From Schizochytrium sp. TIO01 (taxonomy: Eukaryota > Protista > Bigyra: Labyrinthulomycetes): a stretch of DNA of 64,000 nt. The notes under the pieces were generated by a model. The model worked only from the letters and a program-made list of their open reading frames with translations, had not been told where the DNA came from and ran no database searches. The stretch covers positions 310,001-374,000 of the forward strand of contig SMSO01000005.1 of the NCBI GenBank assembly GCA_004764695.1. The letters run 5' to 3'. Below are positions 1-12,879 of the stretch, piece by piece. The first letter of the stretch is position 1. Each line of letters starts with the position of its first letter. A program made the position numbers and the translations under genes.

Positions 1-1383
1 CTTAACTTCTAAATAAATCATGATACGGCAAGAAACAATCATGATCTTAAGAAAAATGCTTTGATTAATTAATTGTAAAAATTTCATCTAGGGAATAGTT
101 ATTATATATATGTGTTTAATTTTTTATTTCATATATGAGCGCTATCATATCAGGCTTTTTTTATATTTTTAATTTTAGAGTGTTTATTAGTTTGAAAGTA
201 GATGAATGTTAAAGAATCTAGGTTTCTTTTCCTTTTCGGCATTTCGAAAGGGACACCGTACAGAGGTACCAGCTGGACCACTAGACCGTTTCCAAGGCGC
301 ACTTTGCTTTCAAGGTTTGATAGAATCAGTGGTTTCTAAAACTAGTGCACGCCCCAACAGCTAATGGTACTTCGCCTTGCTGGATGGACCTGCTTTAGCA
401 TTTTAGACTGTGGCAGTGTCCTTAAGCGATCATGGTCTGAGTTTAGTAGAATAAAGCTGTGTTTTTATCATAGTGAAATAATTGGAGCGTTGGCAGAGGA
501 AAGAAAAGGAAAACTTCTTTGATCATTTGAAGATTGGGAGGTGGAGCAGCTCCATTTTGGATTCCACTCTGTATATCAAGTGAGTGAAAATAGGGGTGGT
601 AAACAATTCAATACGGTAATACAGTGGAAAGTGATCGGATGGGAATCCAGAAAAGGGATGGCAGCTCACGGCTAAACTTTTTATAAAAGGAAAGTGTGAA
701 AGCTATCTCCTCAATATATACATAAATAAAATAAGGTGTTTTTCTAATTATTTATTTATTTATTTATTTATTTTTTACGGAGAGAAAAAGTCAAAACTAT
801 GAACGTGCTATGGACCTCTAGCTCTGAACAAAATTTGAAGATCGTCTGCCAGCTCCCGTGCAGAGATAAGTTTAGTAGTGAAAATTTAATTGAACTCACT
901 GCCTTTCAAGCGCACTGCAGAGGTGTTGTGCTCAGCTTCTCCAGCGACAACTTCGTTTATAGTTAATTGTTCACTATGAAGTGGCAAGGCGGTCACTAAG
1001 ACTTTTTTTTAAACTTAGAAATTTATATAAATTTGTCATTGGCCATCTCGCACTTTCTAAGATCCAGCTATATATGATTAGGAAGGTACCAAGTATGTGT
1101 TGCCATTCTTAGCAATGGAAGTAAGAGATTTTACTAATCATAAACTCAAAACAAAGAGAATAGATTGTTTGAACAACTAGCATACATATATTCTTACAAG
1201 GAATCGTGTCTTGAAAAAAACAAATCGCAGCTGCTGCAATCCCGAAGCAAAACCCCAACCAAAGCAAACCCCAAACCTGCTGGCAGTCAAGCCAAGCCAA
1301 GCCAAACCCAAAACAAACCGACTATCTCCGGTATTTCTGCCTGCTGCAAACAAAAGCTTTCGCCTTTGGTCTAATAGAACAAC

Positions 1384-3051
1384 ATGGGCAAAGAAGACGG
1401 CCGTGTGGCTGTTGCCATTGCTGATGGCGATGACACCATGAACGCCCCGGAGCGTAAGTTGAATGCTTTCACCGTCATGCTCCTTTTGGTTGCCATCTGT
1501 GGTGGTCTAGTCTTTGGTCTCGATATTGGAACCACGGCTACTACCTCGATGAACCCTTTCCGCGAGACCATGGGCATCCCTGTACTTCAGACTGGCCAGA
1601 AGGATTCCGAAGAGACTACCAAGCAAATCAACCAGTTCACCTATATCTTCCATGCCTCTTGCCTTGTCGGTGCCCCCTTCGCTGGCGCTCTCTCTGACCG
1701 ATATGGCCGTAAGCCTATTCTTATCGCTGCCTCCACTATCTTCATGATCGGTGCCTTCTGGCAGTCCGTCGCTGGCCTGATCTCTACCTCTTTTGCCTGG
1801 AAGTCTATCATCATTGGCCGTGCCTTTGGTGGCATTGGTCTTGGTTTCTTCTTGACCATGGCACCTGTGTACACTGCTGAGCTTATGCCAGCCAAGTGGC
1901 GTGGTAAGGCTATCACTATTTTCCAGCTCTCCATCACTATTGGCATCTTCATCATGGCTTTGTACAACAACTTTATGTCGGAGTACTGGGGTTGGCGTCT
2001 TGGTATTGCACTTCAGATGATCCCCTGCATCTTCACTATGCTTCTCATGATCTTCGTCTTCCCGGAGAGTCCCCGTTACCTTGTCAAGGTCGAGCGTTAC
2101 GAAGAGGCTGAGACTGCCCTTCGCCGCCTTGCCCATGGATCTCCCAACGCTGATGCCGTTGCCGACAACGAGCTCAACCAGATCAAGAAGGAAGTTGCTA
2201 CTGAGAACGAGACCGGCAAGGGAAGCTTTGCTGAGCTTTTCCAGGGAACCAACCTCGTTTCTGTCATGTGTGCTGGTGGCGTGGCCTTTTGCCAGAATGT
2301 CACTGGTGTCAACTGGTTCATCAACTACGCGACTATCCTCTTCAACTCCCTTGGCTTTGATGCTTTTACCTATGATCTTATCCTCAAGGCTATCAACGTC
2401 GGTGCCACCATCGTTGCCATTCCTTTGATCGACCGTGCTGGCCGTAAGCCACTCACCATTTGGGGCACCACCTTTGCCATCCTTGCCTTCCTCGTCATTG
2501 CTAGCGTCATCACTGGCACTGGCGTGAATGTGAACACCACTGACGAGGACCCGACAACTAAGAGTGTGCAGCTTCTCTCCGTCGTTGTCATCTTCTGCTT
2601 CCAGGCTGTCTTTGCTGTGACCTGGGGCCCTCTTGGCTGGGTTCTTCCTGCTGAGTCCTTCTCTCTGCGTATCCGTGGTGTTGGTATGTCCTTTTGTGTT
2701 TCCATGAACTTCCTTACCAACATTCTCCTTGGTGATGTCGGATATGATCGCATCTACAGTGCTACCAACCTCCAGACTGTGTGTTTTGTGCTTGTGATTT
2801 TCAACTTCATTCTTGCCTTCCCTGTTGCTACTCTCTTTCAACCCGAGACCCGTGGTCTTGGACTCGAGGATCTTCGCAAGGTCTTTGCATACGAGAAGGG
2901 TGGCAACCTCGAAAAGGGCCATGGTACCATTGGCCAGTTCATTGCTCGCAACTTCAAGCAGACCATTCAGGTCTACACTTGCCGGTCCGTGGACACCACT
3001 ATTGGCTTTGAGCGGCTTAACAACAACCGCGCTGGAGCTCCGGAGCTCTAA
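1384..3051 (+). CDS. MFS sugar porter (SP) family transporter, paralogue 1 (555 aa, intronless)
   Basis: Alternating hydrophobic segments consistent with a 12-TM MFS fold. SP signatures: GGLVFGLDIG (TM1), SDRYGRKP (motif A), GRAFGG, PVYTAELMPAKWRG, FQL, WRL, PESPRYL, IDRAGRKPL, WGPLGW..PAE, QPETRG. Strong C/T-ending codon bias; CA-rich leader before the ATG. Confidence 0.96.
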   Translation: MGKEDGRVAVAIADGDDTMNAPERKLNAFTVMLLLVAICGGLVFGLDIGTTATTSMNPFRETMGIPVLQTGQKDSEETTKQINQFTYIFHASCLVGAPFAGALSDRYGRKPILIAASTIFMIGAFWQSVAGLISTSFAWKSIIIGRAFGGIGLGFFLTMAPVYTAELMPAKWRGKAITIFQLSITIGIFIMALYNNFMSEYWGWRLGIALQMIPCIFTMLLMIFVFPESPRYLVKVERYEEAETALRRLAHGSPNADAVADNELNQIKKEVATENETGKGSFAELFQGTNLVSVMCAGGVAFCQNVTGVNWFINYATILFNSLGFDAFTYDLILKAINVGATIVAIPLIDRAGRKPLTIWGTTFAILAFLVIASVITGTGVNVNTTDEDPTTKSVQLLSVVVIFCFQAVFAVTWGPLGWVLPAESFSLRIRGVGMSFCVSMNFLTNILLGDVGYDRIYSATNLQTVCFVLVIFNFILAFPVATLFQPETRGLGLEDLRKVFAYEKGGNLEKGHGTIGQFIARNFKQTIQVYTCRSVDTTIGFERLNNNRAGAPEL

Positions 3052-6000
3052 ATTCTGTTTGCAGGTCATTTGCAATCTTGCCCACTTCTTCTTTTTTTTA
3101 TGACGACAACTAGCGCCCATCCACTTCATATGTTGTTCTCCTCTTTTACTATTTGCGCGTTTGAATCTTACATTTTATGATTCTATTCATTTTTATTCCC
3201 GCTGACACTTATCAGTAGGCATAACTTATATAACTTCGTTTTTATTGCTTTTCTTATTCAAACTTTGCATTTCAATTCTCATCAACGCTCACGCGCAAAG
3301 GAACAATATAACTCGTTTGACGTAGTTATAAACTAAGTTTCCTTGGCATCATAAATGCTGCCACAGCACAATTTATCTAAGCTTATCCCATTCCACATCT
3401 CTATTGAGGGAGTGTTTTAATAGGAAATGTCTTCTGTCATGTTCGTTTGTACCTATCCTTACATCTTCAGCACAGAGGTATATTCTAAAGACCGTGCTTT
3501 AGACAATCCCGATTTGCATGTATGATACCTAGCCTCATGCGTTTTGCTGCCCAGGAGGTTTTAACAAGGTTTTGCGTACACCAGATTTCAAAGCACAGTA
3601 CCCAATCGGGGGCATTTTTCATACCTCAAGACAAGCTTGAAGAACTATGCTTCTGCTCATTATGCAAATCCTTTGAATGGCCTCACATAAGAAGTAAACT
3701 ACACGGGGCAGAAAACGTGAGGAGTTGACACACATTAACATGCAGTACTTGGAACATGTGTATGTCTCAGCGCCCAATTGGATTCTCATCCTAACTCGTT
3801 GCCTCAAATTAGATCTTCTCCAGTTTGAGATGGATACGTTTACATTTTTGTGCCGAAGAGTTCAATGAACACTGCATAATATATTTTACCCATGGACAGG
3901 AAAATACGAAAGATAACTGCTCGCTAATAAACTTGCAATGCCGAGTCTCAGGATTACAAGGTCAAGAAAGTCAACACGTTGAATATGAGGATGTTCTTGA
4001 AAAGCATTGCTCGTGAGATTAATGTGAACTTGACTCTTCACCGAGGATCTGCATAACAAGAACTCTCCGTTGAGAGAGAGAAAGAGAGAGAAGCTACAGT
4101 CCTCGATCTCGACCCGTTTAGAGTGTTAGCATCCATCCTAAGAATGATGTGTTGTCATACAAATGTCCCAATTTAAATATACCTAGTTTATCTCTGCCGC
4201 GTGGCCGAGTAAAGATGGTATGCTCCTCGACAACTACTCGGATGAGTGAGACACCATGCGCTCATTCACGCTTTGCTCCACAGCACTTGGTAAACTATAG
4301 GCAGCTAGCTAGCTAGCTGGCTGGTTGCTGCATGCATATTTCTCATTTATTATTATTATTCTTTTAATAAATAGATAAATAAATAAAATATTAATGTTCA
4401 CATGTCGTCTCTTCATGAACGTTCGATGAAGTCGGCTGATCACCCAACACGAGGCTGTTCTGCCCAGCTTCCACCAGCTTAGAGTCTCCTATTTGCATTG
4501 AATTTATATCATGCTGAGGTTCTTCGAGAGGCCACGTCGTCGCTTTCTATTGTTTACGTTTCTTGCTGAGAACCTAATGCCTTCCCAACCCATTGCTGTA
4601 CTGTAAACAACATTCTTTATCTCCATTTTTGCAGCTGCTGCATTCTCAAATCTTCAAAATCACCCCCTCTTGATTTGCTGGTTGTTCTGAGTATCCACCA
4701 ACAATTGGAAGACGCCTATTTTGAAACAAACTCTCTAAGAATCGATTTTCGCAAATGCTTGTGCACAACAACCCCATCAACTCGATTAAAGCCTTGCTTG
4801 CGTGAGGCCTATTCTGGACCCTAGAACTCTCAAGCTAACATATTATAAAGTAAGTCGGTACCTACTTAGTAGCAAGTGTGCTACGGAGTAAAAAGAATTA
4901 CTTCTCATCACAGCCCTACATACGTACTATCTTTTTATTTATAGATATTTTTTTTAACCGAAGTAGCCTAGCTACCTTTGTGTAAAACTGTTCCCGCGTC
5001 TCCTTCCGCCATTGCCCAAAGATGCTTCTGAGAAATCCGCCAACTCAGCCTTCAGAGCCCCGGCATCGAGCTCCATTTCCCTCCTGCGATCGCACCACTC
5101 GGCTTGAACCCAGGCACAAGCTCGCTCGCAAACTGGAGGAGAGACGCAGAGAGAAGCGCCTCTCCGTCCAAGGCTGCATACGTACGTATCTCCATCCGTC
5201 CAAAAAAGCTCTTCCTCGCTCTGACTGAGGATTGTAGCCAACTTGAAGTTTCAATGAACTCGGTATTCCATGCAGCCCAGGACCTCTCGTGCTGCAGCCA
5301 GGGCCTTGGTGCCCCGCAGCTCGAGCCCAACGGCGTGAGCTTTGCACGAGGGCCTCAAATGTCAATCATCAAGCAGCAAGAGCAGCGCATTGTCATTCTG
5401 AGCGCCGTTTGTTGCCGTATTTCTCTATGATTTATGAATGAATGAATGAACGAAGGAAAGAATATTCAGAATGTCTTGAGGATCTCGAGGATCTCGAGCT
5501 GTTCGTGCGACCTCTGCGCGAAGCTGACAGTTCGCAGAGATGGTACTGACGGCTCGAGATTGCTCGCACTCGCCTGCGACCTGGCCCTGGCGAGTTGGTT
5601 TGGTCGGCCTGGGACCCCGTCCGAGCCCGAGGCGTCCATGAACGAATGTATTTGTGTACGTATCTTTGTACCTATGTACCTTTGCATGTCTGTATCCGTT
5701 CCTGCCCGTCTCGGGTCGGGAATTAAACCTCGTCTCTGTGAGCGGACTCTCACCCGTCGCTGTCTCTGCGCACTCGAAGCTTTCCAACAACTTCACCTTC
5801 AACCTCAACGCCGCCGTGGAGATCGGGAACCCCGCCTAGGACTCCGCTAGGCGCCTCTACCACCCCATTTCCTTCGAGGGTGCTAGCCGCCGCTAAGCAA
5901 CTGCTACCTACGGCAAAGATACGGCTGCGGCGCTTCCGAGTCCGCTTGTTATTCCTGCCTTGTCTAGCCTTTGTGGAACAAGCAGGCAGGCAGGCAGGCA

Positions 6001-6130
6001 GGCGGGCGGGCGGGTCGCGAGGAGAGGCGAGGCGAGGCGAGGCGAGGGCTGGCGAGGCGAGCTCTGGCGGCGGTCCGCTGCGGCGAGAAGCGCCGCTGGC
6101 TGCCTCTACTTGCTTGCTTGCCTTACTTCT

Positions 6131-6231
6131 TTATTTGAATTTCTTTATTTGAATTTATCTCTTAATTTGAATTTCTTTCTTTCTTAATTTGAATTCTTTC
6201 TTTCTTAATTTGAATTTCTTAATTTGAATTC
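6131..6231. repeat. AT-rich minisatellite, 6 copies of the core TTA(A)TTTGAATT with variable TC spacers
   Basis: Six cores counted directly. Confidence 0.8.
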
Positions 6232-6622
6232 TTTATTGCTTTAGTTAGGTACAAACAAGGTTCTTGGGAGGTGGGTCTGCGATTACAGGAACGGGGGTGC
6301 CGCGGGTCCTTCAGGAATTGCAAAGGTGCGGAATGGGAGTTGGGTAGTTCTTCAAGTATCAACAGATGAATAGATGAAAAAAGAGGATGGATGGATGGAT
6401 GGATGGATGGATGGATCTGCAAATCGTGCTTCAGGGGCGATGGTGACCCGTCGCAGGCAGGCTGGGGGGTGCCTTCGTTGGCAGGGGCGCCGGGCAAATC
6501 GAACGAATGCGGTTTTCTTTCGTGGCGGATTTCAGGCGGGCCTGTGCTCAGCCAGGAACCGAGTGTTTGGTTTACAACAATTTCCAAGTCGCCGCCCGCT
6601 TGTTGGGCAATTTCCTCGGAAA

Positions 6623-6755
6623 TTCTCTTGCGGTGGCGGAACTACGAGATCACTGCTCACCGTGATCATGAAGAAATTTGAGCTTTCTTGCGGCGGCGGA
6701 ACTATGAGCAGAAGGTTACGTGCTGCCCGTTGTGATTGTGGAGAAATTTGAGCTT
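6623..6755. repeat. Degenerate tandem duplication (~63-70 bp unit x2)
   Basis: TCTTGCGGYGGCGGAACTAYGAG ... GTGAT..TG.AGAAATTTGAGCTT occurs twice in tandem. Confidence 0.75.
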
Positions 6756-7696
6756 GAATGTGGACTTTCTCATGCAGGGACTGAGGAACTGACTGACTGA
6801 CTGACTGACTGACTGACTGAGAGAGAGAGAGATCTCGCGGGCTTGCGAACTTGCAGCGAAACAGGTATCGACTGCAGATTCGGAGCCACGATTTCTTAGG
6901 CTGTGGCCCTAGCATGCGTGTAAATGATGCTTTCGCTAGGTAAGCCTACTGCTACGCGCTTCGCCCCATGGAATTCTTTGTACTTTTGCTACAAAGGATG
7001 CTTCTTTATAAACTTTCTTTTAGAGGGAGGATTTCTTAGCTCCTTCTTAGCCAACACAGTCATGTCCTTCCGTTGCCAGCGGCTTATCGCCGGGGGATTT
7101 GGGGGAAAACCTGCATGGCCATTGTCCACCCACGCTCCAGACATCCCGTTCGCCGCGGACATTTGCGTATAGGAATCAGGCTCCATCATGACTGCATACC
7201 TCATTCTTCGCAGGCCGGAGTAGTACGGACCCTCGAAAGCTCAGTTTCGCAAATTGAAATGATCCTTGCAAGCAAGGCCCAATCCACACCCGCCCGCTTG
7301 GCCGTCGCATTCTTCTTCGAGGCGAACCTCCATCTTCTTTGTGTTTGTTCTGCTTTGCTTTCTTTTGTTTTGATTTGTTTTTTCTAGCTCTAGAGAAGGG
7401 AACCCAAGTGTTTTCAGGGAGATTTGCGTTGTTAGTATGTGTAATCTATCAATAAGCTTTTCGTATTCTTCGGATGATCCTGGCGCAAATTCTAACCCAA
7501 GTCAACTCAGGCTCATGGCTGGTGGCCCGAGCCTGCGCGGCGCACTTCATACTCGTCGGGGACACACTGAGGTACCTCCTTACGAAGTCCATTTGCACGG
7601 CCGGCGGCGTGCGAAAGTGTATTTCGCAAACTTCTCTTTAGAAGAGGAACATCATCGTGGATGCAGAGATGGCTTTCGTACCGGCGTTTGCACACT

Positions 7697-7998
7697 CATT
7701 GCACGCGTTGGCTGACTCTAAGATTATGCCAGGGCCGTTTCTTTCTTACTTTCACTTTTCAAGGAAGAAGAAGAAACAAGACATCTCGTAAAAGAATTCA
7801 GAATTTAGCATTCAGAATGTCGATGCAACGGAATTGATGTCATTGCACGCATTGGCTGACTCTAAGATTATGGTAGGGCTGTTCCTTGCTTCCTTTCAGT
7901 TTTCAATTTTCAAAGAAAAAGAAGAAACAAAACATCTCTTAAAAGAATTCTGAATTCTGAATTCTGAATTCTGAATGTTGATGCCCCGGAATTGAAGT
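7697..7998. repeat. Tandem duplication (units 7697-7840 and 7841-7998)
   Basis: Both units start CATTGCACGCRTTGGCTGACTCTAAGATTATG and end GGAATTGAWGT. The second has an expanded (GAATTCT)n tract. Confidence 0.9.
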
Positions 7999-10900
7999 CA
8001 AATTCATGGCCTAGCTAGCATGAGAGAAATATCAGTCAGCGCTGGGCATGACTTACAGATGGAAGCGGGCTCAGCGTGGGGCAGTTGGCTTGTCCTTCTT
8101 CTGAAGCGCATGTGAGTAGTGTGGATAAATGATTCACTATCGCTGCATAATGGAAGGTAAAGCAACAATCAACTTCTGAAAAGAGCTTGCATTTGCGTAA
8201 ATGAAGTTGCTCTCTATGAAAAATAAAACAAAATTAAGTCTACACTTCCTTCCTTCTTGTTTTAAAAATTAAAAGAACATAGTATGATGTTCTTAGACTA
8301 GACACTAGCGCAGCAGATGTATACAGAGAATGTTAGAAAAATATTTAGCTTGGTTGCGTGTGCAGCTATCACCTGGAGAGGTGAAATTTCGACCACGAAT
8401 CGACTTAAAGCTTGAGAGAAACTAGCGAAATGGAGTAGAGTGTTTTTGGTGTGTTTGAAATGTTTGTATTTCTAAGTAAATTGATGCCTCTTCTGCACTT
8501 GAAATTTCAAGGCGCCTAAAATTTAAGGGACAATGCGAATTAACTTACATGGCATCACGCTTATTCAAGTTTAAAATGCAAATTTTCATTTCGTGCAAAT
8601 TTAATTAGCGAAGTGCAAGTTGACTAAATTCGGTTGTGTTGTATATTTGATTACCAAGGTGTAAATTTATTAACCGCATTAAAAAAAATAGACCTTTGAA
8701 AATTCAATCAAGTGAAATGTACCGGTTTTCATTTCAAGATGCGACTTGCTATATCTTCAACTGCAAAATTTCATCGGACTGTAGAGGTATACGATTTCAA
8801 AGCCTCATTTTTACTGTTCTAAGTGTTGAATTTCGGCTGCGGCAATTTCATGACGACACGAAATTCTACATTTTACCTTACACGAAAGCAGCGTTCCAGA
8901 TCACGTGTAATTTCCGTCCTTCCCAATACCAAACCGCCGCATTTGTCCGGGTTACTTCCGCAGCACACTTCATTCAAAATGCTTGCCATTTGATAGTCCA
9001 TACCTTCCATTTCATTCAGACTTGAGATCCGGATCTGTCTTTGCTGACGCTTGAACATGCTTGGCGCATAGGATGACGGGTGGGGGATTTCATCCCTTTC
9101 TCTGCTTATCCTTAATTCTTGTGATCCGCTAATGCATCTATTAAACAGCCTACGCGCAGTCCGTCGTATCTCTGTCCCTGTTGACTTTGAGACCCCGTCA
9201 TCCGAATTTTCATCATCCCGCCCAAATAAGGGAGAAGCAGTGCTCGCTCCTCTTCTTCTGGCATCGTTACCCCTCCTGACATCTGCTGTATCATCCTCTG
9301 CAAAGCTTCTTTCGTTCCATTTGTTCTGTTCACTTTACTTTCGTTAGTTAGCAGCGACCTGGTTCACCATATTCTTCCCACGACTGTTCAGCCCCATGAA
9401 AACAGGAGGAAAAAAAAGAAAAGGAAAGGAATGAAGGAACAGCCTATTAAAATACGCTCGAATAGCTAGCTTCCTTCTGAACGACATACATACATACATA
9501 CATTCGCAAACCAAATTACCGCAACGGCCTCTGCCTGCGAGCAATGCGCCATACTTTCGAGCACCCTTGCTGCTCGATCGGTCATTCTGCCAGGTTCGTT
9601 CGTTCCTCCTCATTTCCCTTCCGTCTCCACGTCCAAGTCTTCAAGTTCCTCTGCGGAGTGGGTGGGATTTCTGTGTGATGTACGGTTGATCCTAGGTGGC
9701 GTCCTTACGTCCTAAATTCGCTCGAGGCTGTCCTAAATCCGCTCCCTGATTGTTCTCTACCTCAGTACCTTGCTAGTAGTGCCTATCTAGGGCCTAGTTC
9801 ATTGCAGGCAGTCAGTTTTTTCGAATTTTGTGTTGTTGTTGTCTTCAGCTATTACTAATAGTATTCACATTGAAACCCATTAAGACTGAAAGTAAGATAA
9901 AAATAGCAGTTCACTTTTATATTTATTATCAGTAAGCAACTTTAAAAGTTAAAGCTCCCGTTCCCATGTTCTTCATATATTCATACATACATACATAGAT
10001 AACTATGCACTGATCACTTTCAGAAAGTGATGCGAAGAAGAACTTCGAAGGGTCTCTGCGCTTCTTCGACAACGAAGGCGCTTCCTGTGCGGCGGCGTGG
10101 AGGCGGCTGCGATTTCCTCGCCCGCTCTCCGGCTTCCTCCGCCGCCTCCTCGCGCTTCACGCAGACTGGAGCGTGCCGGGGCGTGCCCGCTGACTTCATC
10201 TTCTTCTTCTTCTTCTTCTTCTCCAGCCTTGGAGGTAGAGAAAGAGGGCCTCGCCGCTGCCGATTCTTACGACTCGCTCGCCTGAGTTCCAGGAACCTCC
10301 TCCTCCAGGTGGCTGGGCCTCTCCTCCGCCGCCTCTCCTCCGCCGCCTCGCCGCCTCTGCTTGCGTCGCTGCCGCAGAGTCGGCTCGTGCTGCGAGCCCG
10401 CGTCAGTCAGCTGCAGCTCGCTTTTGCGGTTCAAGATCGCGTGACTTTGGAAAATTGTTCGCATGAAATTTGAATTTTATCAGCGGACTGTTTGAACTCT
10501 TTGGCGCTCAACTCCGCCCGCTGCGGCGCAACTTGCGGGCAGATCCCTCGCGCACGCAGGCGCTCTCGTCGCGTCGAACCGCCTCTGTGCCAGCCCGTGT
10601 TATCTCCTGCCGCCAGCTTTGTCTCCTTTTCGTTCTCGCTGCCGCATCCTTGAAGTTAGTAGTTTCCTTGTTCTCCTCCGCCTTCGAACTCGCATCGACA
10701 AAGTCTGCGGCCTCGCGAAGGTACCACGCAGGCCGGCGTCTGCGGCGCCTTTCCATTCGCGAGCGGTGTTCACGCCGCGCTCTGTCCTTCTTCGAGGGAG
10801 TCTGTCGCTTCTCCGCGGCGCGGCTCGTCGTCGATCCGCTGCGTTCCCATCTTTTCCAGCTCCATCAGCCGTGCCTTCGTCTTTCGAGGTCGATCTGGTA

Positions 10901-12591
10901 ACGCAACCAGCGCCAGCTATAGCAGCCGGCCGGCACGCCGCTCTCTCCGCAGACCTCCTTCGAGCGAGCGAGCGAGCGCCGCGGACCTCGCAGCGAGGCC
11001 TCCCGCGCAGGCAGACCTCCCTCTGCCTGGCCCTCGACGTTCCCGACCTCGCGCAGGTTTTCCAGGTCGCGCTGCGCCTCTTTATACGCGCTGTCTGCTT
11101 GGTCTCCCCTCCGCTCAGAGTACATCGAGACATAGATAGAAGAAGGCTAGATCTCCAGGGATACACACACATTCGTATCACATTTCATCATACGCTCGGA
11201 GCACCACGGGCGGACGCTGTCTGCCTCTGAGGGACCTCGCTTTCGGTTTTCTGCTGACCGCTCCCGGACCCTGAGCCGAAGCTCTGGTTTGATCTGATCT
11301 GATCTGATCTGATCTGATCTGATTCCATCATCGTCGAAGAAAACAAACATCGGTCTCGCGTTCTTTCTGGCAGCGCCCAGCGGATAGAACGGAACGTGCT
11401 GCCGCCTGAGGCGAGTTTATCTATCCCCCTTTTCCAAAGGCTTTCTTTCCTCGAGGGGCGGCTCTTAGTGGTATTCGCTATTTGGAGCTAGCGCTCCGCC
11501 CGCACTTCTTGGTAGGTGTGCGAGGGTGTAATTCTGGGTCCCCGGAAGGTAAGTAAGGTAAGTAAGTAAGTGAGTAAGTAAGTACGTGAGTACGTATTCT
11601 GTTAAAGAAGAAGAAGAATAAGAAGAAGAAGAAGAAGAAGTTGAAGGCTGTGCAGGTTTCTGCGCAGGCACCTGGGATGTGGTTTCGCCATCGTCCGGCA
11701 CGAGCGAGCGAGCGAGAGAGCGAGGACGGCTCTCGGGACGAGCTAGCTTTCCAGCCCAGAGCGGAGCAGAGCAGAGCAGAGCAGAGCAGAGAGCGCTGGT
11801 GCAGGATACGACTGGATTCCGAGGAGTCGCCGATGACCGCGTCCGAAACCTGCCTGGTAAGATCAGACAACCTGCCGTTCTGAATCTCTCCTTCTGCCCT
11901 TTGCCTCGATCCTCCCTGCTCCACACCTGGCCCTGCGCCAGCCGGTCTGACGCTCGCCACGCCGCAAGCAAGGCTGGCCAGGTGCGGCCTTACGCAGAAG
12001 CTCGCTCTCGCCGCTGGCTGGTTGCTTGCTTGCTTGGTTGCTTGCTTAGTTGATTGCTTGGTTGCTTGGTTGCTTGGCTGAAGGACATCGAGGGATGAGA
12101 TCATTTCGTGTTCTTTCTGCTGCGGCAAAAAGAACGGCGGCGGTGAGAAGTCGAAGCGGTCATAAAATGGAAACGACAAAGTGGGAACACGTTTTCTTCT
12201 TAGTTTACATTTTGTTTTGCGAAACAACGAAAATAACAGAAATGGGAAATGGAAAATAATAATCGCAAACTTAGAAACAGAGGAACTGACGTGTTCACAC
12301 GCGAACAACAACAACAGCTCACTAAAGAAAGGTACTTCGTGCTCGTGCTGGATCGCTCGCTCGAGGAAAGCGACCTGCAACCGCTCGTGTGGCAGGCAAG
12401 TAAGTCGGTACGTACGTCCTTCGCAGGCGGATTGGTGAAGCGGAGATCAGAGCAGTTTGTTCCCCCGTTCCCAGAGGACTTGGATTGAACTCTTCACTCA
12501 ACCGTTTGCCGAGAGAGAATTGTTTTGCCAACAGGGTTCGCCAACAGACGCCTCCTCGTGAAAGAAGGCATTCGCCATTTCTCCATCTCGC

Positions 12592-12622
<31 letters not shown>

Positions 12623-12810
12623 TCGCTCACATCCATACCTCTGCAAACCAACGCCTCTCGCAATCCCTGCTTCGGCAGTGCCCTGGGTGCTGCTTTCTCC
12701 AAAAAGCGCAGCGAATTATCCCAAACCGCGGCAGCCAAGTCCTTCGCACCCGCTCGCTATCCCAGCTTTCTTCAGCAGCTCGCTTTCTTCAACCATCGAT
12801 CCATCGACTG

Positions 12811-12814
<4 letters not shown>

Positions 12815-12878
<64 letters not shown>
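12815..12878. repeat. (AATC)n microsatellite grading into GATC-rich sequence
   Basis: Direct reading. Confidence 0.95.

Positions 12879-12879
<1 letters not shown>

Noticed and set aside
1507-3129. 540-aa antisense ORF over transporter 1 (likewise 40347..41489 over transporter 3 and 15274..15732 over transporter 2)
   Set aside because: Shadow ORFs in codon register with the sense gene. The sense genes avoid TTA/CTA/TCA codons, so the antisense frame lacks stops; no recognisable motifs.
10027-11230. GC-rich island with overlapping long ORFs, including a minus-strand frame 11125-10508 interrupted by one TGA (readthrough or selenocysteine?)
   Set aside because: Several frames on both strands are open because of high GC. 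The products are Arg/Ser/Ala low-complexity, lack the codon bias of the real genes, and show no redox motif or recognisable SECIS.
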